Shown here piece after piece: positions 51,797 through 61,983 of a stretch of 64,000 nt of DNA. The notes beneath the pieces are model-generated. The model was given only the letters and a program-made list of their open reading frames with translations. It had not been told where the DNA came from and ran no database searches. The stretch is from Spirochaetia bacterium (GTDB lineage Bacteria; Spirochaetota; Spirochaetia; SZUA-6; Bin103): assembly GCA_965262935.1 (NCBI GenBank), contig OZ253572.1, positions 3,861,369 to 3,925,368 of the forward strand, read 5' to 3'. Both the position numbers and the translations under genes were made by a program. Each line of letters begins with the position of its first letter. Positions within the stretch are counted from its first letter, which is position 1.

Positions 51797-53524
51797 CTAA
51801 CCTGCCACGGAGCCGGTGTTCATCGAACGCAGGAACGCGTCGTTGTTCTTGCTCAGGCGCATGCGCTCGAGCAGCAGTTCGATCACGCCCACCTCGTCCA
51901 TCGGTCCGATCACCTTGCGCAGCACCCACATCTTGTGCAGCTCTTCCGGCGACAGCAGCAGTTCCTCCTTGCGCGTCGCCGACGCATTGATGCTGATCGC
52001 CGGATACAGGCGCCGGTCCGCCAGGCGCCGGTCGAGCTTGATCTCCATGTTGCCGGTGCCCTTGAACTCCTCGAAAATCACCTCGTCCATGCGGCTGCCG
52101 GTCTCGATCAGCGCGGTGGCCACGATGGTAAGGCTGCCGCCGTGCTCGACGTTGCGCGCCGCACCGAAGAACCGCTTCGGCTTGTGCAGCGCATTCGAGT
52201 CGACACCGCCAGACAGGATCTTGCCCGAGGTGGGCACCGTCTGGTTGTAGGCGCGCGCCAGCCGGGTAATCGAATCGAGCAGGATCACCACGTCCTTGCC
52301 GTGCTCCACCAGCCGCTTGGCCTTCTCGATCACCATCTCGGCCACTTGCACGTGGCGGGTGGCCTGTTCGTCGAAGGTGGACGACACCACCTCGCCCTGC
52401 ACGTTGCGCTGCATGTCGGTCACTTCCTCGGGACGCTCGTCGATCAGCAGCACGATCAGGAAGATGCCGGGGTCATTCTCGGTGATCGCGTTGGCGATGC
52501 GCTGCATGATCACCGTCTTGCCGGCACGCGGCGGCGACACGATCAGACCGCGCTGCCCCTTGCCGATCGGGCAGAACAGGTTGATCATTCGCGTGGCCGG
52601 CTCGCCGTTCTTGGTTTCCATGTTGATCCGCTCCTGCGGATACAGCGGGGTCAGGTTCTCGAACGGAATGCGCGACTGCGCGATCGACGGCTCGTCGAAG
52701 TTGACCGTTTCCACGCGCAGCAGGGCAAAGAACCGTTCCTGCTCCTTGGGCGACCTGATCTGACCCGACACGGTATCTCCGGTTTTCAGGTTGAACAGGC
52801 GGATCTGCGACGGCGAGATATAGATGTCGTCGGGGCCCGGCAGATAGCTGTAATTGGGCGAGCGCAGAAACCCGTAGCCGTCGGGCAGAATCTCCAGCGC
52901 GCCGTGCGCGTAGATCACGCCATTGCGCTCCGTGTGGCTCTTCAGGATGGTGAAGATCAACTCCTGCTTTTTCAGCGATGGCAGCAACTCATGATTGCAG
53001 CCCATCTCCACCGCCATTTCGCGCAACGCGGTAATCGGCTTCACCGACAACTCGTTGATATGCAGTTTCTCCTCGTCGCCGGTCAGGACGACCGTTTCCT
53101 GCTGCATCGTGCTGACCGGCGGTGCGCCGCGGACACGGGAACGGCCGCGCCGGCGGGCCGACGCCGGTCCATCGAAATGGTTGCTTTCGATCTCGCGCCG
53201 CCCGCGGGAACGGTCCGAACGGCCGCGCTCATACTCCGAGCGGTCAGCCACGCCCGGTTGGCCGTTGGCGGCGGCATCATTCACCACCTCCACGCGCAGG
53301 CGCCGCTTGCTGCGCCCGCGCCGGGCCGGGCGTTCGCCGTTGTTTACCTCGCCCCGACGCGGCGGCTGCGCCTCGGATTCGTCGGGCGGCGGCAACGGCC
53401 GTGCGTCGGGCGCCGCTCCGGCCGGCTGCGATTGCGACGCTGCCGGGTGGGCGGCTACGCTGTCGACTTGGGAGGGGAGATGCTGACTTTCCACGCTGGA
53501 AGTCGAAACCTGATTATCTGACAT
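51797..53524 (-). CDS. rho: Transcription termination factor Rho with long Arg/Gly-rich N-terminal insertion domain (575 aa from the first ATG)
   Basis: Conserved Rho core (RNA-binding OB-fold GFLR..., P-loop PPRAGKT, Q/R loops). ~150-aa low-complexity RG/RS-rich N-terminal extension. GGAG SD 8 nt before ATG 53524. Confidence 0.85.
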   Translation of the reverse strand: MSDNQVSTSSVESQHLPSQVDSVAAHPAASQSQPAGAAPDARPLPPPDESEAQPPRRGEVNNGERPARRGRSKRRLRVEVVNDAAANGQPGVADRSEYERGRSDRSRGRREIESNHFDGPASARRRGRSRVRGAPPVSTMQQETVVLTGDEEKLHINELSVKPITALREMAVEMGCNHELLPSLKKQELIFTILKSHTERNGVIYAHGALEILPDGYGFLRSPNYSYLPGPDDIYISPSQIRLFNLKTGDTVSGQIRSPKEQERFFALLRVETVNFDEPSIAQSRIPFENLTPLYPQERINMETKNGEPATRMINLFCPIGKGQRGLIVSPPRAGKTVIMQRIANAITENDPGIFLIVLLIDERPEEVTDMQRNVQGEVVSSTFDEQATRHVQVAEMVIEKAKRLVEHGKDVVILLDSITRLARAYNQTVPTSGKILSGGVDSNALHKPKRFFGAARNVEHGGSLTIVATALIETGSRMDEVIFEEFKGTGNMEIKLDRRLADRRLYPAISINASATRKEELLLSPEELHKMWVLRKVIGPMDEVGVIELLLERMRLSKNNDAFLRSMNTGSVAG

Positions 53525-53815
53525 GGCGAGAACTCCGTGTGCCAAAGATGCACGTCGTACGAAACGCAGGCGATGGTATTCCGTCGCTACGTCGTTTCTC
53601 GATTGAAGAGAGAATTGCTCAACAGAGCTTGCCGGGACACTTTCACTTGTACGCGGTTATTTCCGCGGAAAGCAGGAAGCGATGCTTCACGAAGCTGCCC
53701 CTTGCCCGGAACCCCGTTACACCCGTTTACGGGCTGGGGGCTCCGCGAGCACCCGGTAGTGACGTAACCTTAACCCCACGGCGGGCAAACGTCAATGGGG
53801 CGGGCGAGAAACCGG

Positions 53816-54568
53816 TCACGGGTTGGCGTCCGGCGCCACCTCGTGCCCGCTCAGCCGGTCGTGAATCAGCGCCTGCAGCTCCTCGAGACTCAGTTCGCCC
53901 TCTTTCAACCGCTCACCCTCGCCGCGCACCGCGGAGATCTGCTCCTCCAGTTCGCTCAACGTGGTAAGGACATCGCGCGCCTGGTCGGCGGCGGTGGCGG
54001 CGAACGCACGCAATGCGTCCGGGTCATTGCCCCCGTCGCGCAACAAGGCCGCGGCGCGCTCGACCTGATCCTCAAGCGGCCGCCGGACGTGCTGCGAGAA
54101 GAAAATCAGCGACTCGTTGAGCGCCTCGATAATTCCCAATCGGTGTTCGCGCCGCGCCAACTGCCCGGCGAGCTCATGACGATGCAGCACGGCGCGAATC
54201 CGGGCCAGCACCTCGGAGAAGTTGAACGGCTTGGTGATGTAGTCGTCCACGCCCAACTCGAGCCCTTCGATGCGGTCCGCGATCTCGTCCATTGCGGTGA
54301 ACATGATGATCGGCACTTGGCGGAAGGCGGCGAATTCCGGAGCGTTCTTGATTCTCCGCGTCACCTCCCAGCCGGTCAGGCGCGGCATGATGTTGTCGAG
54401 AACGATGAGATCGGGACGTACCTTCGGCAACAGCTCGAGCGCCTGCTCGCCGTCGCTGGCCATTTCGACTTCGAAGCCGAGCCGGGACAACATGACCTCG
54501 AACAGTTCGAGATTGATCGCCTCGTCGTCGACGATGAGGATGCGGGAAGTGGAAGAAGTGTTTGTCAT
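53816..54568 (-). CDS. Response regulator: REC receiver domain plus uncharacterised C-terminal coiled-coil-like domain
   Basis: ILIVDDE...LIVLDNIMP...TAMDE receiver motifs with phospho-acceptor Asp context. Confidence 0.7.
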   Translation of the reverse strand: MTNTSSTSRILIVDDEAINLELFEVMLSRLGFEVEMASDGEQALELLPKVRPDLIVLDNIMPRLTGWEVTRRIKNAPEFAAFRQVPIIMFTAMDEIADRIEGLELGVDDYITKPFNFSEVLARIRAVLHRHELAGQLARREHRLGIIEALNESLIFFSQHVRRPLEDQVERAAALLRDGGNDPDALRAFAATAADQARDVLTTLSELEEQISAVRGEGERLKEGELSLEELQALIHDRLSGHEVAPDANP

Positions 54569-54614
54569 GGTTGGAGATTGGCGGCGTGCGGCCGCGTCAC
54601 GGCCGCCGATCTTC

Positions 54615-56348
54615 TTATATTGCGCGGCGGCTGTCAACGGCTGCGCGGGCTGCCCGTGACACCGCGCCGAGCAGGAGCGCGCCGAGTCCGGCGCACAGTG
54701 CCGCGACGCCGAACCAATCGCCCCAGCGCGTGTACACGGTAACGGGACCGTCCACCACCGGCACGGTGCCGATCAGGTAATCCGCCGTGAACGGCTCCAG
54801 TACGCTCGTGATCCGCCCATCGGGATCGATGGTCACCGTCATGCCGCCGTTCGTCGAGCGCACCACCGAGCGGCGGTTTTCCACGGCGCGGAACACGCCC
54901 ATCATCATGTGCTGCATCTCGGCGGGTACCGAGAACGACCACGAATCATTGGTCATGTTGACCAGCACCTGCGCGCCGTGGCGCACGAACTCGCGCCCCA
55001 GATAGCCGAACGTATCCTCGAAACAGATCGGCGTGGAGAAGCGCACGCCGGGCTTGCCGGCGATGCTCGAATCGAACACCACATACTCGGTGCCCTGCTT
55101 CCAGAAGTGGGTGTCCGCATCCTTCAGCCACTGGTAGATTCCCGGTAACTGTGTTTTGAACGGGAAGCTCTCGGTAAACGGCACCAGGCGAATCTTGCGG
55201 TAGGTGTCGACGATGTCGCCCTTCTTGAACAGGATCGCAGCGTTGTAGTCCACCCGCACCTCGCCCGCGCCGGTGCGTTCCAACTGTCCGTCGTCGTTGC
55301 CTACCACGAACGGTACGGTCTGCCGGTCCAGGTAGGTGCGCAGCCGCTTCACGAGCGCGAACCGCTTGGCGTCGCGGCGGTGCCGGGTGTGCCAGTCGAT
55401 GCCGGGCACGAACGACGTCTCCGACCAGATCACGATGTCGGGATGTTCCCGCAACGCGGCGTCGCTGAGGCGCAACAGGATGTCCAGCGACTTCTCGTAG
55501 GCGTAGAATCCGCCGCGCCACGGATCGATGTTGTGCTGGATCAGCGCCACGCGCCAGTGCCGGTCGGCCTGAAAATCGTTGCGCGCGGCCGCGCCGTATA
55601 CCACGTTGGCGGCCATCAGCACCGCCCAGCACAGCACCGGTATGCGCTGCTCGCGCCAGAAGCGCGCCAGCGGACCGCGCCGCCAGGGCGCCGCGCGCGC
55701 GTCGAGGGCCACCGCCAGCAGGCGGGCAACCAGCGCCGATGCCATGACCACCAGCAGCGAGACCGCCCACACCCCGGTGACGCCGGCGATCTGGATGAAG
55801 TCGGTCCACCGGTACTGGGTATAGCCCAGCGTGCCGTAGCTGTAGCCGAGAAAGCCGAAACTCTTGACCAACTCGTAGCCGACCCAGAGCAGCACCTGGA
55901 CCAGGTAGCCGTAGCGCGGAAACAGGTGATCGGCCAGCTTCAGCAGCGGGAACAGGACCACCAGGTAGCCCATGTAGACCACCGGCACGATGATGATCGC
56001 GAGCGGGTGAAACGCGGCCAGCCAGTAGTTGTACAGGGCATAGCTCACGTAGCCGTACAGCGCGCCGTACAGCACCACCTGCAGCCAGCCGGCGCGGCGC
56101 AGTACCAGGAACAGGGGGGCGATGGCGATGAAGGCCACCGGCCCGAGCCCGCGCTCGGACACCAGGCTCGGGTGAGCGAGCGCGAACAGCAGCGCCGACA
56201 GCAGCAGCAGACCCACCTCGCCCGCGGTGGTGCGCAGCAGCCTGACCACGCCGGCCGCGAAACCGGATGCGGCGGCGGCCGCCGGAGCGGGTGCAGGGTT
56301 GGACGCCACGGAATTCATTGCAGGGATCGGGGATCGGGCGAACGACAC
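54615..56348 (-). CDS. lnt: Apolipoprotein N-acyltransferase paralog
   Basis: Same architecture as 49405-51006: TM N-terminus plus CN-hydrolase (ICFEDTFGY, NMTNDSWS). Confidence 0.7.
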   Translation of the reverse strand: MSFARSPIPAMNSVASNPAPAPAAAAASGFAAGVVRLLRTTAGEVGLLLLSALLFALAHPSLVSERGLGPVAFIAIAPLFLVLRRAGWLQVVLYGALYGYVSYALYNYWLAAFHPLAIIIVPVVYMGYLVVLFPLLKLADHLFPRYGYLVQVLLWVGYELVKSFGFLGYSYGTLGYTQYRWTDFIQIAGVTGVWAVSLLVVMASALVARLLAVALDARAAPWRRGPLARFWREQRIPVLCWAVLMAANVVYGAAARNDFQADRHWRVALIQHNIDPWRGGFYAYEKSLDILLRLSDAALREHPDIVIWSETSFVPGIDWHTRHRRDAKRFALVKRLRTYLDRQTVPFVVGNDDGQLERTGAGEVRVDYNAAILFKKGDIVDTYRKIRLVPFTESFPFKTQLPGIYQWLKDADTHFWKQGTEYVVFDSSIAGKPGVRFSTPICFEDTFGYLGREFVRHGAQVLVNMTNDSWSFSVPAEMQHMMMGVFRAVENRRSVVRSTNGGMTVTIDPDGRITSVLEPFTADYLIGTVPVVDGPVTVYTRWGDWFGVAALCAGLGALLLGAVSRAARAAVDSRRAI

Positions 56349-56414
56349 GCGCTCCGGCGGCGGCCGCCGGGCCGGTCAGTGGTGCCGGTGAGAGGCGTTA
56401 CCGGACACCGCCGG

Positions 56415-56717
56415 CTAATCGCGGATCTGCCATGCGCGCTTCTTGAGTTCCTGGCCGGGCCGGAAGGCGACTACGCCGTGGTCCCCCACTTCGACCGATG
56501 CTCCGGTTTTGGGATTGCGTGCCTTGCGCCCCTTGCGCACGCGTATCTCGAATGTCCCGAACCCGCGTAGCTCAATGGTCTGGCGATCGAACAAACCGGC
56601 CTTGACCGCATCGAAAAACAGCCCGAGCACCTGATGGATATGCTTCTTGCTGATATCTACTTCGGGATGGATGATCTCGATAATCTCGGCTTTGGTCAGC
56701 TTGCCGTCCCGCCCCAC
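56415..56717 (-). CDS. HU/IHF-family DNA-binding protein (IHF beta-like)
   Basis: GFGTFEIRVRKGRKARNPKTG arm motif of the bacterial DNA-binding protein family. Confidence 0.7.
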   Translation of the reverse strand: MGRDGKLTKAEIIEIIHPEVDISKKHIHQVLGLFFDAVKAGLFDRQTIELRGFGTFEIRVRKGRKARNPKTGASVEVGDHGVVAFRPGQELKKRAWQIRD

Positions 56718-56763
56718 TTAGCTCTCCACAGACAGCGCGAGTACGTGCACGTCGGCCCCGCTT

Positions 56764-57027
56764 TCAGGAACCGAGCTTGCCGGCGGCGAGCCGATGCAAG
56801 CGGCTCTTGCGCCGCGCCGCCGTGTTGCGCTTCAGCACGCCCTTCGACACGGCGCGATCCAACTGCCGGGTAACCGCCGTCATCTGGTCCGCGGTCACGC
56901 TGTCGCCAGCGACCGCCTCGCGCAGGGTTCGGATGGTCGTGCGTACACGACTGAGAGCGGCGCGATTGCGCAGCCGCCGCTTGTGGTTCTGCCGCTGCCG
57001 CTTGGCCGCGGAAATGTTGCTCGGCAA
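56764..57027 (-). CDS. rpsT: 30S ribosomal protein S20
   Basis: MPSNISAAKRQRQNHKRRLRN...; typical bS20. Confidence 0.85.
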   Translation of the reverse strand: MPSNISAAKRQRQNHKRRLRNRAALSRVRTTIRTLREAVAGDSVTADQMTAVTRQLDRAVSKGVLKRNTAARRKSRLHRLAAGKLGS

Positions 57028-57108
57028 CAGTGCCTCCTCAGGTCCTTCGACAGCGCTGGTGTTACGCCGTCAGTCCGCCGCCTAAACTACTCTACACGCA
57101 GGGCATAG

Positions 57109-58407
57109 TCAATCCGCCGTTGCCGGCGCTGCCGGCGCCGTCGGTTCGCGATCGCCATGCACCAGGAACCGGAAGAATCGCTTCTTGCCGGCACGCAGCA
57201 CCAGCTCGCCGTCACGCACGTCACCGAGTCCGATGCGCTCCTCGAGGTTGGTGCGCGGCGTGTCCGCGACGCGTGCCCCACCCTGCTGAATGAGCCGCCA
57301 GGCATCGCTCTTGGACGCACACAGGGAGCTGCGCGCGAACAAATCGAGCACGGGAATCCCCGCCTCCAGCTCGGTTGCCGCCAGCCTCGCGCCCGGCATG
57401 GCGTCACGGTCGCCGGGGCGCTCGCCGCCCCCGGCGAACAGCGCCCGGCTCGCTGCACGCGCGCGCTCCGCCTCGTCGGCGCCGTGCACCATGGCGGTCA
57501 GCTCCAGCGCCAGCCGCTCCTTGGCGGCGACGATCGCCTGGTCACGCAGCCGGCTCAGTTCCGCCACCTCCTCATCCGGCAACAGGGTGAGCAGCGCGAG
57601 CAGCTTCGGCACGTCGGCGTCCGGCACGTTGATCCAGTACTGGTAGAACTCGTAGGGCGACACCCGCGCCGGATCCAGGAACAGCGCGCCGGCCGCCGTC
57701 TTGCCCATCTTCTTGCCGTCGGCGGTGGTCACCAGCGGCCAGGTGAGCGCGTGCGCCTCCACCCGCTCCACGCGTCGGATCAGGTCGACGCCGGCCAGAA
57801 TGTTGGCCCACTGATCGTCGCCGCCGATCTGCAGCAGGCAGCCGTGTTGCCGGTGCAGCACCAGGTAGTCGTACGCCTGCAGCAGGAGATAGTTGAACTC
57901 CAGAAAGCTGAGGCCGGTCTGCAGCCGCCGCCGGTAGGCCTCGAAGCCGAGCATCCGGTTCACCGAGAAGTGGCGCCCGATGTCGCGCAGGAAGTCCAGG
58001 TAGCCGAGGCCGGCCAGCCAGGCGGCGTTGTCGACGATGATGGTGCGCTGCAGATCGATGAAGCGGCCCACCTGACGCTGCATCAATGCCGCATTGCGGG
58101 CCACCGTTGCCACCGGCAGCAGCGGCCGCATGTCGTCCTTGTCCGACGGATCGCCCACCCGCGCGGTGGCGCCGCCGATCAGCAGCACCGGGCGGTGGCC
58201 GGCGCGCTGCAGGTGCGCCATCGCCAGCAGACCGACCAGGTGGCCGGCGTGCAGGCTCGGACCGGTCGGATCGATGCCCAGGTAGAACGTGATCTGCCGC
58301 TCGCCGAGCAGCCGGCTCAGCGCCTCCGCGCCGGTGGTCTGCTTCACCAGGCCGCGCCGCCCGAGCGCGGCGACCAGATCCGTGCCAACGTCCACCGCCG
58401 AACTCAT
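57109..58407 (-). CDS. tyrS: Tyrosine--tRNA ligase (432 aa)
   Basis: Class I HIGH (HAGHLV) and KMSKS-like (KMGKT) motifs; C-terminal S4-like domain. Start ATG overlaps the glyQS stop (TGATG). Confidence 0.85.
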   Translation of the reverse strand: MSSAVDVGTDLVAALGRRGLVKQTTGAEALSRLLGERQITFYLGIDPTGPSLHAGHLVGLLAMAHLQRAGHRPVLLIGGATARVGDPSDKDDMRPLLPVATVARNAALMQRQVGRFIDLQRTIIVDNAAWLAGLGYLDFLRDIGRHFSVNRMLGFEAYRRRLQTGLSFLEFNYLLLQAYDYLVLHRQHGCLLQIGGDDQWANILAGVDLIRRVERVEAHALTWPLVTTADGKKMGKTAAGALFLDPARVSPYEFYQYWINVPDADVPKLLALLTLLPDEEVAELSRLRDQAIVAAKERLALELTAMVHGADEAERARAASRALFAGGGERPGDRDAMPGARLAATELEAGIPVLDLFARSSLCASKSDAWRLIQQGGARVADTPRTNLEERIGLGDVRDGELVLRAGKKRFFRFLVHGDREPTAPAAPATAD

Positions 58408-59735
58408 CAGCCGGCCCCGGACCGCTGGTAGCCCCGTGTTGCCTCGTGCAGGCGCGCGACCAGGTCGCGCCGCGCCACGCGCTCCTGCTGCGTGCTGTCG
58501 CGGAACCGCACCGTCACCGTATCGTCGGCCATGCTGTCGTAGTCCACGGTAACGCAGTACGGGGTGCCGATCTCGTCCTGACGCCGGTAGCGGCGCCCGA
58601 TCGCCCCGCTCTGGTCGTAGAACGTGGCGAACGACTCGCGCAGCTCCGCTTCGATTTCGCGCGCGCGTTCGGCGAGGCCATCCTTCTTCACCAGCGGGAA
58701 CACGCCCACGGTAATCGGCGCCAGGCGCGGATGGAAGCGCAGTACGACGCGCCGTTCGCCGCCGATCTGGTCCTCGTCGTAGCCATCCACCAGTGCCATC
58801 AGAACCGACCGGGTAAGCCCCACCGCGGTCTCGATGATGAACGGCACGTAGCGCTCGCGCGTGGCTTCGTCCAGGTAGGTCAACTCCTTGCCGGCGAACT
58901 CCATGTGCCGCTTCAGATCGAAGTCGGTGCGATTGTGGATGCCCTCCAGCTCCTGCCAGCCGAACGGAAACCGGTACTGGATGTCGTACGCATCGCGCGC
59001 GTAGTGCGCCAGCTCGTCCGGCCCGTGCTGGTGGAAGCGCAGGTTGTCCGGGTCGATCCCGAGGTCGAGGTAGTATTGGAAGCGGCGCTCCTTCCAGTGC
59101 TCGAACCAGCGCGTGTCTTCGCTGGGATGCACGAAGTACTGCATCTCCATCTGCTCGAACTCGCAGGTGCGGAAGATGAAGCTCTTGGTGGTGATCTCGT
59201 TGCGGAACGCCTTGCCCACCTGCGCGATGCCGAACGGCACCTTGAGACGGCTCGACTGCAGCACGTTCTTGAAGTTGACGTAGCTGCCCTGCGCGGTCTC
59301 CGGGCGCAGGTAGACCACGCTGCCGGCATCCTGCACCGGACCGAGGTGGGTACGGAACATCAGGTTGAACTGCCGCGCCGGCGTCAGTTCCGCCTTGCCG
59401 CAGCGCGGACAATTGCCCACGGGATCGTCGATCTGGTCGGCGCGAAAGCGCGCCTTGCAGGCCCGGCAGTCGATCAGCGGATCGGTGAAGTTCTCCACGT
59501 GGCCGGAGGCTTCCCATACCCGCGGGTGCATCAGAATGGCGGCGTCGATGCCCACGATGTTGTCGTGCAGCTGGGTCATCTCGCGCCACCACACGTCGCG
59601 CAGCCGATTCTTCAGGGCGGCGCCCAGTGGCCCGTAGTCCCAGGCCGAGGCGAGCCCGCCGTACACGTCGCTGGACGGATAGATGAAGCCGCGCCGTTTG
59701 CACAGCGCCACGATCGTGTCCAGGGTCACTGCCAT
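58407..59735 (-). CDS. glyQS: Glycine--tRNA ligase, dimeric class II (442 aa)
   Basis: Class II motifs; characteristic GlyRS N-terminus MAVTLDTIVALCKRRGFIYPSSDVYGGL. Confidence 0.85.
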   Translation of the reverse strand: MAVTLDTIVALCKRRGFIYPSSDVYGGLASAWDYGPLGAALKNRLRDVWWREMTQLHDNIVGIDAAILMHPRVWEASGHVENFTDPLIDCRACKARFRADQIDDPVGNCPRCGKAELTPARQFNLMFRTHLGPVQDAGSVVYLRPETAQGSYVNFKNVLQSSRLKVPFGIAQVGKAFRNEITTKSFIFRTCEFEQMEMQYFVHPSEDTRWFEHWKERRFQYYLDLGIDPDNLRFHQHGPDELAHYARDAYDIQYRFPFGWQELEGIHNRTDFDLKRHMEFAGKELTYLDEATRERYVPFIIETAVGLTRSVLMALVDGYDEDQIGGERRVVLRFHPRLAPITVGVFPLVKKDGLAERAREIEAELRESFATFYDQSGAIGRRYRRQDEIGTPYCVTVDYDSMADDTVTVRFRDSTQQERVARRDLVARLHEATRGYQRSGAG

Positions 59736-59736
59736 G

Positions 59737-61185
59737 TCAGCTTGCCTCCGCGGCCGCTTGCAGGGTGTGCAGCGCCCGCGCCAGGCGCCCGCGCAGGCGC
59801 TGTTCGCCGAGCAGCCGCAGCGAGCCGAACAGGGGCGGCGACACCTTGCTGCCGGTGGTTGCCATACGAATCGTCATCATCAGGTCTCCAAACTTCACGC
59901 CTTGGGCGCGCGCCAACTCGCGCAGCCGTTCCTCCAACGCGTGCTCGTGGTCCGCGGCGGGAGGGTGCTCCAGCAGCGGCGCCGCCTGCTGCAATATCGT
60001 TGCCGCCGCCGCCGCCGTCAAACGCCGCGGCACCAGTTCCGCCGCCGGCAGGTCCGGGTCCGGCCCCAGGAACGCCGCCCGCGCCGGCGCTTCGTCCAGC
60101 ACCGAAATCCGTTCACGCAGCAGCTCGGCGAGCGCCGTCTCGGCGGCGCCATCGGCCACCTCGATCCCGGCGTCCCGCAGATAGGGGCGCAGCGCCGCCG
60201 CCAGGCGTTGCGGCGGCAGCGCGCGGATGTAGTGGCCGTTGAACCACTCCAGCTTGCGGTGATCGAACACCGCCCCGGCGCGGCCCAGGCGCTCCAGGCT
60301 GAACACGCGCTCCAGCTCGGCGAGGGAGAACAACTCGCGGTCATCGCCCGGCGACCAGCCGAGCAGCGCCAGATAGTTGACCAGCGCCTCCGGGAGGATG
60401 CCGCGGCGCCGGAACTCATGCACGCCGGTAGCGCCGTGCCGCTTGCCGAGCTTCTTGCCGTCCGGCCCGTTCACCGCCGGCAGATGGGCGTACAGCGGCG
60501 GTTGCCAGCCGAACGCGGCGAAGATGAGCAGGTGCAGCGGCGCCGACGACACCCACTCCTGCGCACGCAGCACGTGACTGATCGCCATGTCGTGATCGTC
60601 GGCGATGGCCGCCAGATGGTAAGTGGGAAAGCCGTCCGACTTGAGCAGCACCGGATCCGGGTTGATGTCGCTGTTGCGGCGCTCGATGGAGCCGAGCAGC
60701 AGGTCGTCGTAGCGGGTGCTGCCCTGCAGCGGCACCCGAAAGCGGATCACCGAGGCCGCACCGCTGTCCTGATACCGGCTGCGCTGCTCGGGCGTGAGGT
60801 CGCGGCAGTGACGGTCGTAGCCGTTGTGGACGGCCCGCACCCGCTCCAGCCGGGCGGCGTCGCAGTAGCAGCGGTAGCCATGACCCGATGCAACCAGCCG
60901 CTCGGCCAGCGCGCGATGGCCGGCCACGCGCTCCGACTGGATGTAGGGCGCGTACGGACCGCCGACGCCCGGTCCCTCGTCCCAGCGCAGGCCGAGCCAA
61001 GTGAGCGTGTCGTAGACGTCGGCCAGCGCATCGGCATCGTAGCGGCGCCGGTCGGTATCCTCGATGCGCAGCACGAAGGTGCCGCCCGCGGCGCGCGCCA
61101 GCAGATACACGAACAGCGCGGTGCGGACATTGCCGACGTGCAGCCGGCCGGTCGGAGAAGGAGCGTAGCGAACTCGCAGGGCCAT
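59737..61185 (-). CDS. gltX: Glutamate--tRNA ligase (482 aa)
   Basis: RYAPSPTGRLHVGN (HIGH region) and KLGKRHG (KMSKS) motifs. Confidence 0.85.
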   Translation of the reverse strand: MALRVRYAPSPTGRLHVGNVRTALFVYLLARAAGGTFVLRIEDTDRRRYDADALADVYDTLTWLGLRWDEGPGVGGPYAPYIQSERVAGHRALAERLVASGHGYRCYCDAARLERVRAVHNGYDRHCRDLTPEQRSRYQDSGAASVIRFRVPLQGSTRYDDLLLGSIERRNSDINPDPVLLKSDGFPTYHLAAIADDHDMAISHVLRAQEWVSSAPLHLLIFAAFGWQPPLYAHLPAVNGPDGKKLGKRHGATGVHEFRRRGILPEALVNYLALLGWSPGDDRELFSLAELERVFSLERLGRAGAVFDHRKLEWFNGHYIRALPPQRLAAALRPYLRDAGIEVADGAAETALAELLRERISVLDEAPARAAFLGPDPDLPAAELVPRRLTAAAAATILQQAAPLLEHPPAADHEHALEERLRELARAQGVKFGDLMMTIRMATTGSKVSPPLFGSLRLLGEQRLRGRLARALHTLQAAAEAS

Positions 61186-61324
61186 ATTGGCCGCAGAGGG
61201 TAGCCGCCCACCGTGCGGCGGTCAACGGCGGTCAACGGCGGCCGCGACTGCCAGCCGTGCCGGCGTCCGCGCGGCGCCGCCGCGGCCCTTGTTCGGCGGG
61301 CGCCGGGTTTGCTAGGATGGGCCC

Positions 61325-61918
61325 ATGCTGGACGTTTCCCCGATCAAGTACGGCCACGGCGCAACCGCCCTGCCGGCGGGCACGCGGGTCATGGCCGACA
61401 TCGCCGCCGTGCTCGGTGGATCGCTGCTGCTGGTGCTGTGCACCCAGATACGCATACCACTGCCGTTCACGCCGGTTCCCATCACCGGCCAGACCTTCGC
61501 CGTGCTGCTGCTGCCGGCGCTGCTGGGCGGCTGGCGCGGCCCGGCGGCGGTGGCGGCTTATCTCCTGCAGGGCGCCCTCGGACTGCCGTTCTTCGCGGGC
61601 GGCAACGCCGGCTGGGCGGCGCTGGCCGGACCGACCGGCGGTTACCTGGTGGGTTTTCTCGCCGCGGCGGTGGTTATCCCGCTCATTCTCGGCCGCGGCG
61701 CCGCCGGTCCGGTGCGCATCATCGCGGCCCTGCTGGCCGGCAATGTCGCGATCTACCTGTTCGGGGTGCCGTGGCTGGATCGATTCGTGGACGGCGGACT
61801 CGCCACCGCGATCGGACTCGGCCTGACGCCGTTCCTGATCGGCGACGCCATCAAGCTGCTCGCCGCGGCCGCGGTGGCGCTGGTGGCGGGCAGCGCCCGT
61901 CGCCAGCCGGAGCGCTGA
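61325..61918 (+). CDS. bioY: BioY-family biotin ECF-transporter S component
   Basis: ~195-aa multi-TM protein with the BioY-like glycine-rich pattern (TGQTFAVLL, GYLVGF). Confidence 0.65.
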   Translation: MLDVSPIKYGHGATALPAGTRVMADIAAVLGGSLLLVLCTQIRIPLPFTPVPITGQTFAVLLLPALLGGWRGPAAVAAYLLQGALGLPFFAGGNAGWAALAGPTGGYLVGFLAAAVVIPLILGRGAAGPVRIIAALLAGNVAIYLFGVPWLDRFVDGGLATAIGLGLTPFLIGDAIKLLAAAAVALVAGSARRQPER

Positions 61919-61983
61919 GCATTCGGCGTACGCCGTCCGGCATTCGCCACCGGAGCCCCGACCTGGCAGCGCCGGCCGTGACC

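Noticed and set aside
57109-59703. 864-aa ORF on the minus strand
   Set aside because: Only the 3' 432 codons (57109-58407) are tyrS. The upstream extension is an alternate frame over glyQS (58407-59735), which is clearly coded in its own frame; the ATG at 58407 overlapping the glyQS stop is the real tyrS start.
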